Below, piece after piece: positions 9,574-19,834 of a stretch of 64,000 nucleotides of DNA. The notes below the pieces were generated by a model. It did not search any database. It was not told the origin of the DNA and saw only the letters and a list, made by a program, of their open reading frames with translations. The position numbers and the translations under genes were made by a program. Each line of letters starts with the position of its first letter. Position 1 is the first letter of the stretch. Where the stretch lies: the NCBI GenBank assembly GCA_964291315.2, contig OZ219753.1:32001-96000 (forward strand), read 5' to 3'. The DNA comes from Candidatus Poribacteria bacterium. GTDB lineage: Bacteria; Poribacteria; WGA-4E; WGA-3G.

Positions 9574-9603
9574 GTAGGGGAGTTTCCTTATAGAAACTCC
9601 CCT
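9574..9603 (+). terminator. GTAG-initiated palindrome (REP-like) or terminator
   Basis: AGGGGAGTTTC-cttata-GAAACTCCCCT with GTAG at its start, followed by catgttttt. Confidence 0.6.
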
Positions 9604-10214
9604 CATGTTTTGAAAAATACGTGGACAGCGCCACATCAATACGGACATGACCATCCGCGGTGTGCATCTGAATCTAAAGAGGAGAAACTGTGCGTGTCCT
9701 GTTTTTGTCTGCAGGAGTAATCTAAATCTATACAGACTTTTTCAGCGATTCGATACACTCGCGTATCGAATCCAGCGTCGCCTCGGGAGGTGTGAATTGC
9801 ATCCCGAATCTATGTCTTTTGTGTCAAGTCTTTGGCAACTTAGGAGTCTTTGACGCGTCCTGTGATGTGGTGGTACAGACGGGGCAGTATTTCCGCATCA
9901 ACTCGCTAAACGCTTCAGGGTGTCTTGTTGATAGGACGTAATGCAATGTTTTTCGTAGACTTTGCGGATAACATTTCTTCTGAGTAATAGCATGTGGGCA
10001 CCTTTCCGTATGTTATTCTTTTTCATCTGGCGAGAGACGTTCCCTCGCTTCTAAGTAGCTTTGTCTTTCTTCACCTGTTACCGGAACACCACAAACTACC
10101 TAAAAAGCATGGGATGCACCTTCAAAAGAATACCCCGTGCTTTCGCTGTGGGAATTGTCAAATTCTCGTGCGTCTATAGTATTCAGGAAAAGATCGCCAA
10201 TTTCCTTAGATGTT

Positions 10215-11222
10215 TTAATTCGTTGTATTTTGCTCCACAAGATCAGCCACAGCTTTCTCAAGTGCAGGACCGCGAAGGTTCGCCCTGCGGACAATGCCCG
10301 CGCTGTCGATCAAAAACGTGGATGGGATTGCTCTAACGTTGTACAGCGTGCTAATTTCGCCACTCCTATCCCAATATTGCCGCCACGCGATTCCTTCCGT
10401 TTTAATGTAGGCATCAAGTGGTTCTATTGCGTTATCTAAGCTAATGCCGATGATCTGGAAGTTTCGGTTTCTGTATTTTGCATACGTCTGTTTAACATTG
10501 GGCATCTCCGCGATACAAGGCGGGCACCATGTTGCCCAGAAATCGAGCAGTACAACCTGTCCACGATACTGTTGTAGTGAAAATTCTTCACCCATTGTGT
10601 CTATTACGTGGAAATCCGGGGCAAGTTTATTAATAAATTGGTTCGGTTCCCGGTTGGGACTCGCTTCAGATGAACCAGGTAATTCACCGTTCCGTGCGCT
10701 CCTATCCTGTGCAAGGAGCTGCTGAGCAGTTTCGGCGTACCTGCCGGTGCTGTACTTTGAGGAGTTTACCAGTTTTTCGTAAAGAGTGTCTGCTTTATCA
10801 GACTCGCTGATTTTGTCATAGGCTAACCCCAAGGTTAGTAGACTCGGTTCAACATAGTTAGCAGATGGATAATCTCTAATAAGTTCTTCAAGTACTGTAA
10901 TAGCCTCTTCTGTCCTCTGCAACTGAACTAGGATTGTACCGAGGTAATAGTAAATCTCGTCCACTTGTCTATGTTTGGGGTGTGCTTTGATGAAAGCCCT
11001 GGATTTCTCAATAAACCCTTCATAATCAGCCAGTTCGCTACCCTCTGAAAGCGCTGCCATCACGGCTTTAATTTCGTTATAACCTTGGGCGGCTGTAACA
11101 GGTGCCGAACCAGTCTTGTTAAGCGTTGAACTCACACAGGAACTAACCAACACCAATCCCGTGAGTGTGACAACGAGAGGATACCAGCGCTTTGTGTTGA
11201 TATTTTCACTTTGAGAAAACAT
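10215..11222 (-). CDS. TPR plus TlpA/ResA-like thioredoxin lipoprotein
   Basis: Lipobox-like VSSC, TPR repeats, FWATWCPPC, IPSTFLID. Start placed after RBS AAGGAGG. Confidence 0.9.
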   Translation of the reverse strand: MFSQSENINTKRWYPLVVTLTGLVLVSSCVSSTLNKTGSAPVTAAQGYNEIKAVMAALSEGSELADYEGFIEKSRAFIKAHPKHRQVDEIYYYLGTILVQLQRTEEAITVLEELIRDYPSANYVEPSLLTLGLAYDKISESDKADTLYEKLVNSSKYSTGRYAETAQQLLAQDRSARNGELPGSSEASPNREPNQFINKLAPDFHVIDTMGEEFSLQQYRGQVVLLDFWATWCPPCIAEMPNVKQTYAKYRNRNFQIIGISLDNAIEPLDAYIKTEGIAWRQYWDRSGEISTLYNVRAIPSTFLIDSAGIVRRANLRGPALEKAVADLVEQNTTN

Positions 11223-11253
11223 CGGCTGCCTCCTTCGAACACATCGGCTTTTA

Positions 11254-11844
11254 TTAAACAGCATTCTGATAGGTATATGCTAGTAACAACTTAATTTCTT
11301 CTAACTGCACCTGTTGCAGGAAACGCGTTACCTCTGAAGTCGAATCACCCTCAGCGGTTTCACACCAATCGATGAGCTGGTAGGGGTCCCAGTTCTCCTG
11401 CAACGCAATAGTTTTCCCAATAGCTGCGAGTGCATCCGATGGGCTAGGTGTTTCCGTGAAAAGCTCAACGGCGCGTTCCCGGAGTTCTGGGAAAATCGAG
11501 TGAGTGCCGACTCTGCCGAACCAATACTTGGCATTAGGATAATCAGGCTCGCGGCGGTGCATGATACCGTGCCAGTAGCTGCCTGTTTGGTTCGTGAGCC
11601 CTTGAGAAATAGTGTGCGATTCATCCAGAGCGTCGTTCCATAGGAGTAAACCGCTTTTAATAGCTTCACCAAAGATAGTATTTTTTAACGATTGTCCATC
11701 AAAAAGTTTATCAAGGGATGACGATTGCAGCGTGTCTGTCAATTCATTACGCCATGCTTCCTTCGGAACAAGTGCTGGTAACACGGTGCGCGCCTCTAAT
11801 TTTTCGATAATTTCGGCAATTGCCGATGTATATGTTACAACCAT
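11254..11844 (-). CDS. Conserved hypothetical protein
   Basis: Motif LLLWNDALDESHTISQ..GSYWHGIMHRREPDYPNAKYWF; RBS AAGGAG before ATG 11844. Confidence 0.8.
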   Translation of the reverse strand: MVVTYTSAIAEIIEKLEARTVLPALVPKEAWRNELTDTLQSSSLDKLFDGQSLKNTIFGEAIKSGLLLWNDALDESHTISQGLTNQTGSYWHGIMHRREPDYPNAKYWFGRVGTHSIFPELRERAVELFTETPSPSDALAAIGKTIALQENWDPYQLIDWCETAEGDSTSEVTRFLQQVQLEEIKLLLAYTYQNAV

Positions 11845-12000
11845 GAAAAGACTCCTTACGTTCAAATTGATTTGGAATTAATTTACCATGTTTCGGGAAA
11901 TAAATCAAGTTTTCTCATATTTTCGTTTGCTCTTAGATCTGAAATATGTTAGTATTATTGAAAAGCAGCCTATAGACTCGGAGAGAGTTTCAGCGAAAAA

Positions 12001-12357
12001 ATGGGAACGGCCTTTAAAAAAGCGTTAATTATTTTCATCGGTTTTATTGTGGTTTTGGGCGGTGTTTTAATCGCTGTTATCCACAACTATTCCCAGTACG
12101 GATCGCTGCCGGAAACAATCCAGATGGTAGATTTTTCGGGGATATTGATGGCTGTTTTGGGTGCATGTTTTCTAAGTTTGATAAGCATTGCTCTGACTTT
12201 CTGGCTGGCTCGAGCCTGGGTAAACGAACGTCCTGAACTCGGGGAACGGATCATCCACCTGGCCCTCGTTGTCAGTATCAGTCTTATTACTATTTTCGGG
12301 GGGTTGGCAGCGGGTCTGATTGTCTTACGGACTTTATGGACGATCGGTTTTTTCTGA
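12001..12357 (+). CDS. Small integral membrane protein (3 TM)
   Basis: Three hydrophobic helices. Confidence 0.7.
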   Translation: MGTAFKKALIIFIGFIVVLGGVLIAVIHNYSQYGSLPETIQMVDFSGILMAVLGACFLSLISIALTFWLARAWVNERPELGERIIHLALVVSISLITIFGGLAAGLIVLRTLWTIGFF

Positions 12358-12362
12358 TTAAC

Positions 12363-12391
12363 TTGCATTTCTTTTACCGATATGGTATAAT
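12363..12391 (+). promoter_or_regulatory. sigma70 promoter of the infC-rpmI-rplT operon
   Basis: TTGCAT-17 bp-TATAAT with TG extension. Confidence 0.7.
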
Positions 12392-12574
12392 TAATATGGT
12401 CGTTCATAGCTAAACATGCATGTGACGTGCATTTTTAACGTCACGGTAGCTACAAAACGTTTTGCGAATAATTTTTATTTTGTATACTTTTATTTTGTAT
12501 ACTATAGAGCGATGGTTAAACTCTTCGCTCTTGCAAGCAGGGCACTGCAGTGCCTTTACTTGGGGGTGTGAAAA

Positions 12575-13120
12575 ATACACTATAGAGGCAGACGTACTCA
12601 GCGGAAGGTTGAAAGACAAAGTCGTTCCAATTATCAGATTCGGGCGAAAGAGATACTGCTAATAAACCAAGACAATAAGCAAGTGGGGGTCATGTCGCCG
12701 CGTGAGGCGATGAAACTGGCTGAAGAGGTTGGATTGGATTTAGTAGAGGTCTCTCCGAACGCTAAACCTCCCGTTTGTAAGATTATGGACTACGGGAAAT
12801 ACCAGTACGAGAAGAATAAACGTGCGCGCGAGGCTCGGAAGAAACAGTCTAAGGTTGTTTTGAAGGGAATGCAGTTCCGACCCGATACAGCGGAACACGA
12901 CTACCAGTTCAAGAAACGGCATGTTGAGGATTTTCTGAAAAACGGTTGGAAGGTCCGGGCAACGGTGCGTTTCCGTGGGCGTGAGATGCTCCACACCGAC
13001 CTTGGCAGGAATTTGCTTTCACGGCTCAAAGATGACCTTGAAGAAATCGCCGATGTCGAACAGCCTCCGCGAATGGAAACTCGCATTATGGCCATGACCC
13101 TCGCACCGAAATCTTCCTAA
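12575..13120 (+). CDS. infC: Translation initiation factor IF-3, non-canonical ATA start
   Basis: The frame extends upstream of 12683 through the conserved NYQIRAKEILLI to an in-frame TGA (12569). SD GGGGGTG lies 6 nt before ATA 12575. PPVCKIMDYGK and FRGRE motifs. Confidence 0.93.
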   Translation: MHYRGRRTQRKVERQSRSNYQIRAKEILLINQDNKQVGVMSPREAMKLAEEVGLDLVEVSPNAKPPVCKIMDYGKYQYEKNKRAREARKKQSKVVLKGMQFRPDTAEHDYQFKKRHVEDFLKNGWKVRATVRFRGREMLHTDLGRNLLSRLKDDLEEIADVEQPPRMETRIMAMTLAPKSS

Positions 13121-13225
13121 TCTTTTGCTCAAGGACAACTCACAATTGTAGATGCAACCTTGAATAGATGCGGAATGCGCGTGTGACCTTCAGTCGAGAC
13201 CTTACACTTTATCAAGGATATTTTT

Positions 13226-13420
13226 ATGCCAAAAATCAAAACACATAAAGGTGCCGCCAAACGTTTCAAATTCACAGGTAAGGGTAAAATTCGCCGGAAT
13301 CGCGCTTATGCTGGACATCTGTTCCTTTCAAAGTCAGCTAAACGCAAGCGTAGATTACGACAAGCAACTTTAGTCGATCCCAGCAATGAGAAACGTTTGA
13401 AACGCCTAATTCATCAATAG
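13226..13420 (+). CDS. rpmI: 50S ribosomal protein L35
   Basis: MPKIKTHKGAAKRFK. Confidence 0.98.
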   Translation: MPKIKTHKGAAKRFKFTGKGKIRRNRAYAGHLFLSKSAKRKRRLRQATLVDPSNEKRLKRLIHQ

Positions 13421-13573
13421 CGGTTCGTTAAGTGAATCTTGTGGAAAACTGTAGAAGAAGATTAGGAACCGCCATAGTGATTAATGAAGCACGAACCTCT
13501 AATTGTGAATAAGTGAACGCACGCGGAGGGTAAATTGCGGATTGCTAATAGTGAACCGCGACAGGAGTTTTAA

Positions 13574-13921
13574 ATGGCACGAGTAAAAACAGGGAGTGTG
13601 CGACGCAAGCAGCGGAGGCGCATACTCAAGCATTCCAAAGGCTACCGAGGGGGCAGGAACAACCTGAAGCGAACCGCCATGGAGGCGGTCGAGAAGGGGT
13701 GGAACCACGCCTACGCCCATCGGCGTGCACGGAAACGCGATTTTAGACGACTTTGGATCACACGGATTAATGCCGCCGCAAGACTACATGGACTCAACTA
13801 CAGTCGATTCATGCACGGTCTCAAAACCGCTGGTATTGAACTCGATCGGAAAGTCCTCGCTGACATCGCTGTGAATGATGCAGCGGGCTTTGGAAAACTT
13901 GCCGCCCTCGTAAAGGGTTAA
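13574..13921 (+). CDS. rplT: 50S ribosomal protein L20
   Basis: [23 protein letters not shown]. Confidence 0.98.
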   Translation: MARVKTGSVRRKQRRRILKHSKGYRGGRNNLKRTAMEAVEKGWNHAYAHRRARKRDFRRLWITRINAAARLHGLNYSRFMHGLKTAGIELDRKVLADIAVNDAAGFGKLAALVKG

Positions 13922-13970
13922 TGGATGCACTACTGAGGCATTTTACATTAAAATAAAAATCGATCCATTG

Positions 13971-14212
13971 AATGGCTGTGATGGGACACATGTAAGCGGT
14001 TGAACCTCTCAATCAGAGAGACTGCGTCATCGGCTGGAAACGTGGTTTTGAGAACAATTGCCGAATTTCATCCTGGAGCCCTTGAAAAAAATAATCAAGC
14101 GGGCAGATTTTGGGAATCTGTCAAGCGGGGTGGTACCGCGGAAGTAGATGCCTATCGCTTTCGTCCCCAGAAGGAACGAACCTTTATGGGACAAAGTGGT
14201 AGGCGTTTTTTA
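13971..14212 (+). promoter_or_regulatory. Phe T-box riboswitch (transcription antitermination leader)
   Basis: AGAGA bulge, GGCTGGAA distal loop, specifier GAA-T-TTC-A (Phe UUC at 14067-14069), T-box AAGCGGGGTGGTACCGCGG (14123-14141) pairing with CGTCCCC, terminator GCCTATCGCTTTCGTCCC/GGGACAAAGTGGTAGGC plus T-run. Confidence 0.92.
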
Positions 14213-14335
14213 TTAAGGCTATCGGCTCACAGCTCCTTGTGCTTTCAGTTTTCAGCTACAGATGCGTTTGTGGAATCAACAAATATTATACTACAGATGG
14301 CTATTGCCGGTTGATAGCCAAAAACAGAGAGAAGT

Positions 14336-15352
14336 ATGAAAGTAGAATTAGAGGCGATAAAGACAGAAGCACTTCAGGCTTTAAAACGGATTGAAACGCT
14401 TAATGCACTTGAGTCACTCAGGATTGAGTATTTCGGGCGCAGGGGAAAATTGACCCATGTTATGAAGGGCATGGGTAAACTTTCAAAACGGGAACGCCCA
14501 GAGATCGGAAAACTCGCGAATGAGGTGCAAGCCACACTCATGGGAGCGTTTGGAGCCATAACAGAGAGGTTGGAGCATCGACAACAGGAACAGCAGCTCA
14601 ACACAGAAGCTGTTGACATCACACTTCCCGGACGGAAGCCCGCTTATGGGAAAGCGCATCCCGTGATGCAGGTATTAGAACGGATCGAGGCGATTTTTTG
14701 CCAAATGGGATTTGAGGTGAGGACGGGGCCGGATGTGGAGACAGAATATTATAACTTTGATGCTTTGAATACCCCCCGAGATCACCCAGCGCGCGACTTA
14801 CATGATACCTTTTACTTGACAGATGGACGTCTCCTCCGGACACACACATCGCCTGTACAGATCCGCGTGATGGAGGATAGGAAACCGCCGGTCCGAATTA
14901 TTGTGCCCGGGAAATGTTATCGGGTAGATTACGACGTGTCACACACGCCGATGTTTCATCAAGTGGAGGGCCTTCTTGTCGATAGACGTGCCACTTTTAG
15001 CGAACTTAAAGGGATTTTGACCTCTTTTGCACGGCAGATGTTTGGCAACCGTACACAGATGCGTTTTCGTCCACATTTCTTTCCATTTACGGAGCCGAGT
15101 GCAGAGGTGGACATCTCCTGCACCGTTTGCCAAGGAAAAGGTTGTCGAAGTTGTGGGAACTCCGGATGGATCGAGATCCTTGGTGCTGGGGCTGTGGATC
15201 CAGATGTGTTTGAAGCAGTGAACTACGAACCTCATGAGGTTACGGGATTTGCCTTCGGTATGGGAGTAGAGCGGATTACGAATCTGATGTTCCGTGTCCC
15301 CGATATCCGTGCTTTTTATGAAAACGATCTCCGATTTTTGCGTCAGTTCTAA
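14336..15352 (+). CDS. pheS: Phenylalanine-tRNA ligase alpha subunit
   Basis: HPARDLHDTFY, RTHTSPVQ, FPFTEPSAE, GFAFGMGVER. Confidence 0.98.
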   Translation: MKVELEAIKTEALQALKRIETLNALESLRIEYFGRRGKLTHVMKGMGKLSKRERPEIGKLANEVQATLMGAFGAITERLEHRQQEQQLNTEAVDITLPGRKPAYGKAHPVMQVLERIEAIFCQMGFEVRTGPDVETEYYNFDALNTPRDHPARDLHDTFYLTDGRLLRTHTSPVQIRVMEDRKPPVRIIVPGKCYRVDYDVSHTPMFHQVEGLLVDRRATFSELKGILTSFARQMFGNRTQMRFRPHFFPFTEPSAEVDISCTVCQGKGCRSCGNSGWIEILGAGAVDPDVFEAVNYEPHEVTGFAFGMGVERITNLMFRVPDIRAFYENDLRFLRQF

Positions 15353-15444
15353 TCGGAATTGACAATTAAGGGTTAACCGCTGAGTCTCGAAATGCCAATA
15401 GCCGGCAGCAGAAAAAAAATAAAAGTGGAAAAAGGACTTAATAG

Positions 15445-17841
15445 ATGAACGTAACCTTAAATTGGCTCAAAACCTACATTGATTTTGAATTTTCTCCGCA
15501 TGAACTTGCTGATCGGCTAACAATGTTAGGTGTTGAAGTCGAAGCTGTTAAACAACTTAATACTGGGTTAGACGGTGTAGTCGTCGGGAAAATCGGTGCC
15601 GTCGGACCGCATCCGAACGCCGACAATCTCGTTCTCTGTCAGGTTGATGTCGGCAAAGCAGAAGAACTTCAGATTGTCTGTGGTGCACCGAATGTTCGAG
15701 AGGGTATGCTTACACCTGTTGCTACAGTCGGTGCGACGCTGCCTATTGGTTTGACAATCAAACCTGCCCAGCTGCGAGGTGAAGTTTCACAGGGAATGCT
15801 CTGCTCCGAAAAAGAGTTAGGATTCTCTGAGGATGCCTCAGGTTTGATGGAGTTACCTATTGATATGTCCGTGGGTACATCTTTGATGGCGGCTTTAAGG
15901 CTAGACGATGTTATTTTTGAGCTTGAGGTTACACCGAATCGTCCAGATTGTCTGAGTCATATCGGTGTGGCTCGCGAGATCCGCGCAGAGACGGGAAATC
16001 CGGTGAAGATGCCTCAGGTCAGTTTGAAGGAGAACGAAGCTGATATCCGAGATCTCACCTCTGTAACGATTGATGCTCCCGATCTCTGTCCACGTTATGC
16101 CGCCCGTGTTATTCAAGGCGTTAAAGTCGGAAAATCGCCAATGTGGTTGCAACGGAGACTTGAATCTGTCGGGGTCGGCGTTGTTAACAACATTGTTGAT
16201 GTCACAAACTTCGTCTTGATGGAATATGGACAGCCTCTGCATGCATTTGATTATCACAAACTTGCTGGCAACCGCATCGTTGTGCGACAAGCGACGGATG
16301 GTGAGCGGTTAACAACTCTTGACGAGACAGAGCGAAAACTGACTGCTGATATGCTCGTCATCGCCGATGCCGAAAAACCGGTCGCGCTAGCTGGAATTAT
16401 GGGGGGGTACGATTCTGAGATCACAGAATCCACGTCTGATGTGTTGTTGGAAAGCGCCTACTTTAATCCCTCGAATATTCGCGCTACTGCAAAGGCGTTG
16501 CAGATGAATACGGAAGCCTCATACAGATTCGAACGCGGGGCGGATCCGGGAATGGTTCCCGTGGCACTCGATCGGGCAGCGCAACTCATCGCTGAATTAG
16601 CAGCCGGGACTGTCTGTAAAGGAGTCGTTGATGTCTATCCCGGGCAACAACCATTAACCAAAATTCAACTCCATCCAGATCGCGTCAATTTTGTATTGGG
16701 AACTGCGCTTGAAACTGCCGAGATGGAAGATATTTTGAATCGTCTCGGTTTTGAAGTGAAGACCTCCGGAGATACCTATCAGGTTATTGTACCCACATTC
16801 AGATCTGACATTACTCGTGAGATTGACCTCATCGAGGAAATCGCCCGGGTCTACGGTTATGATAATATTCCGACCACCTTACCGAAAGGCGATATTCCGG
16901 TGCCAGCACCTAACCCGAAGGCGGAAGTCTGTAGGCGCATCAAACATTTTTTGATCGCTGCCGGTATGATGGAAGCCGTGAACTATAGTTTTTGTGACCC
17001 GAACTGCTTTGAGAAGATCCGTTTAGCGGCAGACAGTCCACTGCGCGAGGCCTTGCAATTGCGAAATCCGTTAAGCCCAGAGATGTCCATACTCCGCACA
17101 ACGCTTATACCAGGGTTGCTCGAAAACACGCAGCATAATCGGAATCACCAAATCAAGGCTATTGCCCTTTTTGAGATCGGAAACGTTTTTACTCGAGATA
17201 GCAATCAGAAAGAACCAGAACGGGTTGCAGGGGTTCTCGCCGGACAAGTGGGCGATGGAGTCTACGGGAATATGCATCGGGATCCGGATTTCTTTGACAT
17301 CAAGGGGATCGTGGAGGGTATGATTGAGGCATGCGGTATTCCTGAATACACCTTGCAAAAAACCGGCATGCCAATTTTCCATCCTGGGCGCAACGCAGCG
17401 ATGTTGTTAGGAGAAATACAGGTCGGCACCTTCGGAGAAGTGCATCCGAAGGTTCTCGAAAATTACGACCTACCTTATAAGGCGTATCTCTTTGAATTTG
17501 ACCTTGAAGCATTGGTGAATGCTGCAGTGTTTGCCAAACGTTTTGAACCAATTTCCATCTATCCAAAGGTGGAACGCGACCTTGCTATTGTCGTGGATAA
17601 GGCAATACTGTCAGATAGACCTATAGATCTTATCTGCACAACTGGAGCGGAGTGGATAGAATCGGTGCGCTTGTTCGATGTTTACGAGGGGGAACAGGTT
17701 CCTGAAGGTAAAAAGAGTCTCGCTTACACTATCGTTTACCATTCTAGCACCCAGACGTTGACAGACAAGGCTGTGAATGTGCTACATGCCCGGGTTATTG
17801 AACGTCTCCATCAAGAATTAGGAGCGGAATTACGGATGTAG
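15445..17841 (+). CDS. pheT: Phenylalanine-tRNA ligase beta subunit
   Basis: [27 protein letters not shown] and C-terminal FDX-ACB domain. Confidence 0.98.
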   Translation: MNVTLNWLKTYIDFEFSPHELADRLTMLGVEVEAVKQLNTGLDGVVVGKIGAVGPHPNADNLVLCQVDVGKAEELQIVCGAPNVREGMLTPVATVGATLPIGLTIKPAQLRGEVSQGMLCSEKELGFSEDASGLMELPIDMSVGTSLMAALRLDDVIFELEVTPNRPDCLSHIGVAREIRAETGNPVKMPQVSLKENEADIRDLTSVTIDAPDLCPRYAARVIQGVKVGKSPMWLQRRLESVGVGVVNNIVDVTNFVLMEYGQPLHAFDYHKLAGNRIVVRQATDGERLTTLDETERKLTADMLVIADAEKPVALAGIMGGYDSEITESTSDVLLESAYFNPSNIRATAKALQMNTEASYRFERGADPGMVPVALDRAAQLIAELAAGTVCKGVVDVYPGQQPLTKIQLHPDRVNFVLGTALETAEMEDILNRLGFEVKTSGDTYQVIVPTFRSDITREIDLIEEIARVYGYDNIPTTLPKGDIPVPAPNPKAEVCRRIKHFLIAAGMMEAVNYSFCDPNCFEKIRLAADSPLREALQLRNPLSPEMSILRTTLIPGLLENTQHNRNHQIKAIALFEIGNVFTRDSNQKEPERVAGVLAGQVGDGVYGNMHRDPDFFDIKGIVEGMIEACGIPEYTLQKTGMPIFHPGRNAAMLLGEIQVGTFGEVHPKVLENYDLPYKAYLFEFDLEALVNAAVFAKRFEPISIYPKVERDLAIVVDKAILSDRPIDLICTTGAEWIESVRLFDVYEGEQVPEGKKSLAYTIVYHSSTQTLTDKAVNVLHARVIERLHQELGAELRM

Positions 17842-17956
17842 ATGAACAGTTCCCGGCGGTCAAAAGTCGACAAGAGGAATATGATTCATTAAGCCCTTTT
17901 TCTAATTGCGGCAAACCAAAAGCCCAGCAACTATAGCTCTGAGGCCTCGATCAAAT

Positions 17957-18721
17957 TTGAGCGACAAAAAAATACAGACTTTATTTTCAGCCGTGGCGCG
18001 GCACTATGATTTTCTCAACTCATTGTTGAGTCTCAGGCGCGACAGGAGTTGGCGTCGCGAAACAGTCAACGCAAGTAATGTCGAACCCACCAGTTGGGTG
18101 TTAGATGTCTGCACCGGCACGGGCGAACTTGCCCTTGCATACACCGATAAGATTTCGGCAGGCGGTTGTGTTATCGCTTCTGATTTCTGCTTTGAGATGT
18201 TGGTTATCGGTGATCAAAAAGTTGAGAGTGGAAGGTTGGAAGATAGAAAGATTGGGCACGCATCTCGCCTGCCTGCTGCTTTCCCTTTATCTCCTTCTGT
18301 CCCACGTTTTCTCGCAGCGGATACGCTTACCCTTCCGTTTTTAGACAATACCTTTGACGTTGTCTCTGTCGGCTTCGGGATTCGGAACGTCTCGAATTTA
18401 GAGTCCGGGATTCGAGAGATGACGCGCGTCGCTGTGCCCGGGGGTAGGGTTGTCACCTTGGAATTCACACAGCCTGTGAACCCGCTGTTTCGAGGCCTCT
18501 ACTATTTCTATTTCACGAAGATCTTACCCTTTATCGGAAACCGCATCTCTGGAAATGAGGAGGATGCGTATGGGTATCTGCCCCGTTCTGTTATGAAGTT
18601 CCCGAATTGCGACGCTTTGAAAGCCGTTATGGAGCAGTGCGGTCTGACAGATGTAAAGTTCTATCGGAAGACGTTCGGCATTGTCGCAATCCATGTTGGA
18701 AAGAAACCTAGCGCTCTCTGA
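17957..18721 (+). CDS. ubiE: UbiE/MenG C-methyltransferase
   Basis: YDFLN, LDVCTGTG, GFGIRNV, AYGYLPRS. Likely TTG start at 17957. Confidence 0.9.
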   Translation: MSDKKIQTLFSAVARHYDFLNSLLSLRRDRSWRRETVNASNVEPTSWVLDVCTGTGELALAYTDKISAGGCVIASDFCFEMLVIGDQKVESGRLEDRKIGHASRLPAAFPLSPSVPRFLAADTLTLPFLDNTFDVVSVGFGIRNVSNLESGIREMTRVAVPGGRVVTLEFTQPVNPLFRGLYYFYFTKILPFIGNRISGNEEDAYGYLPRSVMKFPNCDALKAVMEQCGLTDVKFYRKTFGIVAIHVGKKPSAL

Positions 18722-18780
18722 ATCTGCGTCCGATTATTCGCGATTGGCTATTGGCTATTGTCGGTAATTTTCTTAAGTTG

Positions 18781-19713
18781 CTAACTGTTATCTGTCAAAC
18801 GTTCCAAGTGGGCGACAACTGATTCGGATGTCCCTTCTAAACTATAACCGCCTTCTAGGGCAGAGACGACTCGTTCCTCAGCAAACTCAAGAATCAGGTC
18901 TGTCAATCTGGCGAAACCTGTTGCAGTGAGTTCGATGCCAGCGAGCGGGTCGAGGTAGTGTGCATCGAACCCGGCCGAGATTAACGTGAATTCGGGTGAG
19001 AAGTCTTGCAATGCGGGGATGAGCATGTCCGTGAAGACTGTGGCATACTCGTCATCTCCGCTTCCCGCGGGCATCGGCGCATTTAAAGTCGTGCTGCGGG
19101 CTCTGCCGCTACCGCGTTCGTAACTCGAACCTGTGCCGGGGTAGAGCGGTGATTGGTGGATAGAAAAGAAGAAGACAGACTCGTCTTCGTAGAAAATGTC
19201 TTGTGTGCCGTTACCGTGGTGGACATCCCAGTCGATAATCGCGACCTTCCCGACACCGTGTTCTCGTTGAAGGTAGCGTGCAGCAATGGCAATGTTGTTG
19301 AACAAGCAAAAACCCATGCTCCGATTTGATGTGGCGTGGTGTCCAGGTGGACGCACCATAGCGAAAGCGTTTTGAACGGTTCCGGCAGCGACCGCATCTG
19401 CCGCACACAGTACGCCGCCTGTTGAGAGCAACGCGACATCGTACGAGGCCTTCACGACAGTTGTATCGTAGGTGAGTGGAAGCTCTGATGCACAGTGTTG
19501 CGCGATGTGATTCGGATAGTTAGATTCGTGAACGTAGAGGAGCTGCGCCGGGCTTACCGGGGTTGGTTCAATGCGGTGTAGTTGTTCCCAAACGTCGCTC
19601 TGCTGAAGCGTTGAGAGGCTCACACTCAGCCGGTCAGGACGTTCAGGATGATTCGGACCCGTGTCGTGGTTGAGATAGTCTGGATGATAGACGAAGCCTG
19701 TTTTTTGTGTCAT
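18781..19713 (-). CDS. Histone deacetylase-family amidohydrolase
   Basis: HPERPDR, RPPGHH, GFC, DWDVHHGNGTQ, SAGFD, LEGGY. Confidence 0.95.
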   Translation of the reverse strand: MTQKTGFVYHPDYLNHDTGPNHPERPDRLSVSLSTLQQSDVWEQLHRIEPTPVSPAQLLYVHESNYPNHIAQHCASELPLTYDTTVVKASYDVALLSTGGVLCAADAVAAGTVQNAFAMVRPPGHHATSNRSMGFCLFNNIAIAARYLQREHGVGKVAIIDWDVHHGNGTQDIFYEDESVFFFSIHQSPLYPGTGSSYERGSGRARSTTLNAPMPAGSGDDEYATVFTDMLIPALQDFSPEFTLISAGFDAHYLDPLAGIELTATGFARLTDLILEFAEERVVSALEGGYSLEGTSESVVAHLERLTDNS

Positions 19714-19834
19714 ATATTTTCCCTTTCTGTCGGTATTGTTTAAATAATATATCGCGGAACGAGATAAATCAATTGAAAATATGCTGTGCTCATATTGTTA
19801 CACGGACTCGGAATAACTAGTATCCTTTAATCAG

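Noticed and set aside
9620-10110. Possible minus-strand pseudogene (short frames with CPVC) and a 10-bp inverted repeat at 9747-9772
   Set aside because: No recognisable family; the fragments are short and could be chance.
14000-14314. 104-aa ORF before pheS
   Set aside because: It overlies the T-box leader and has no protein features.
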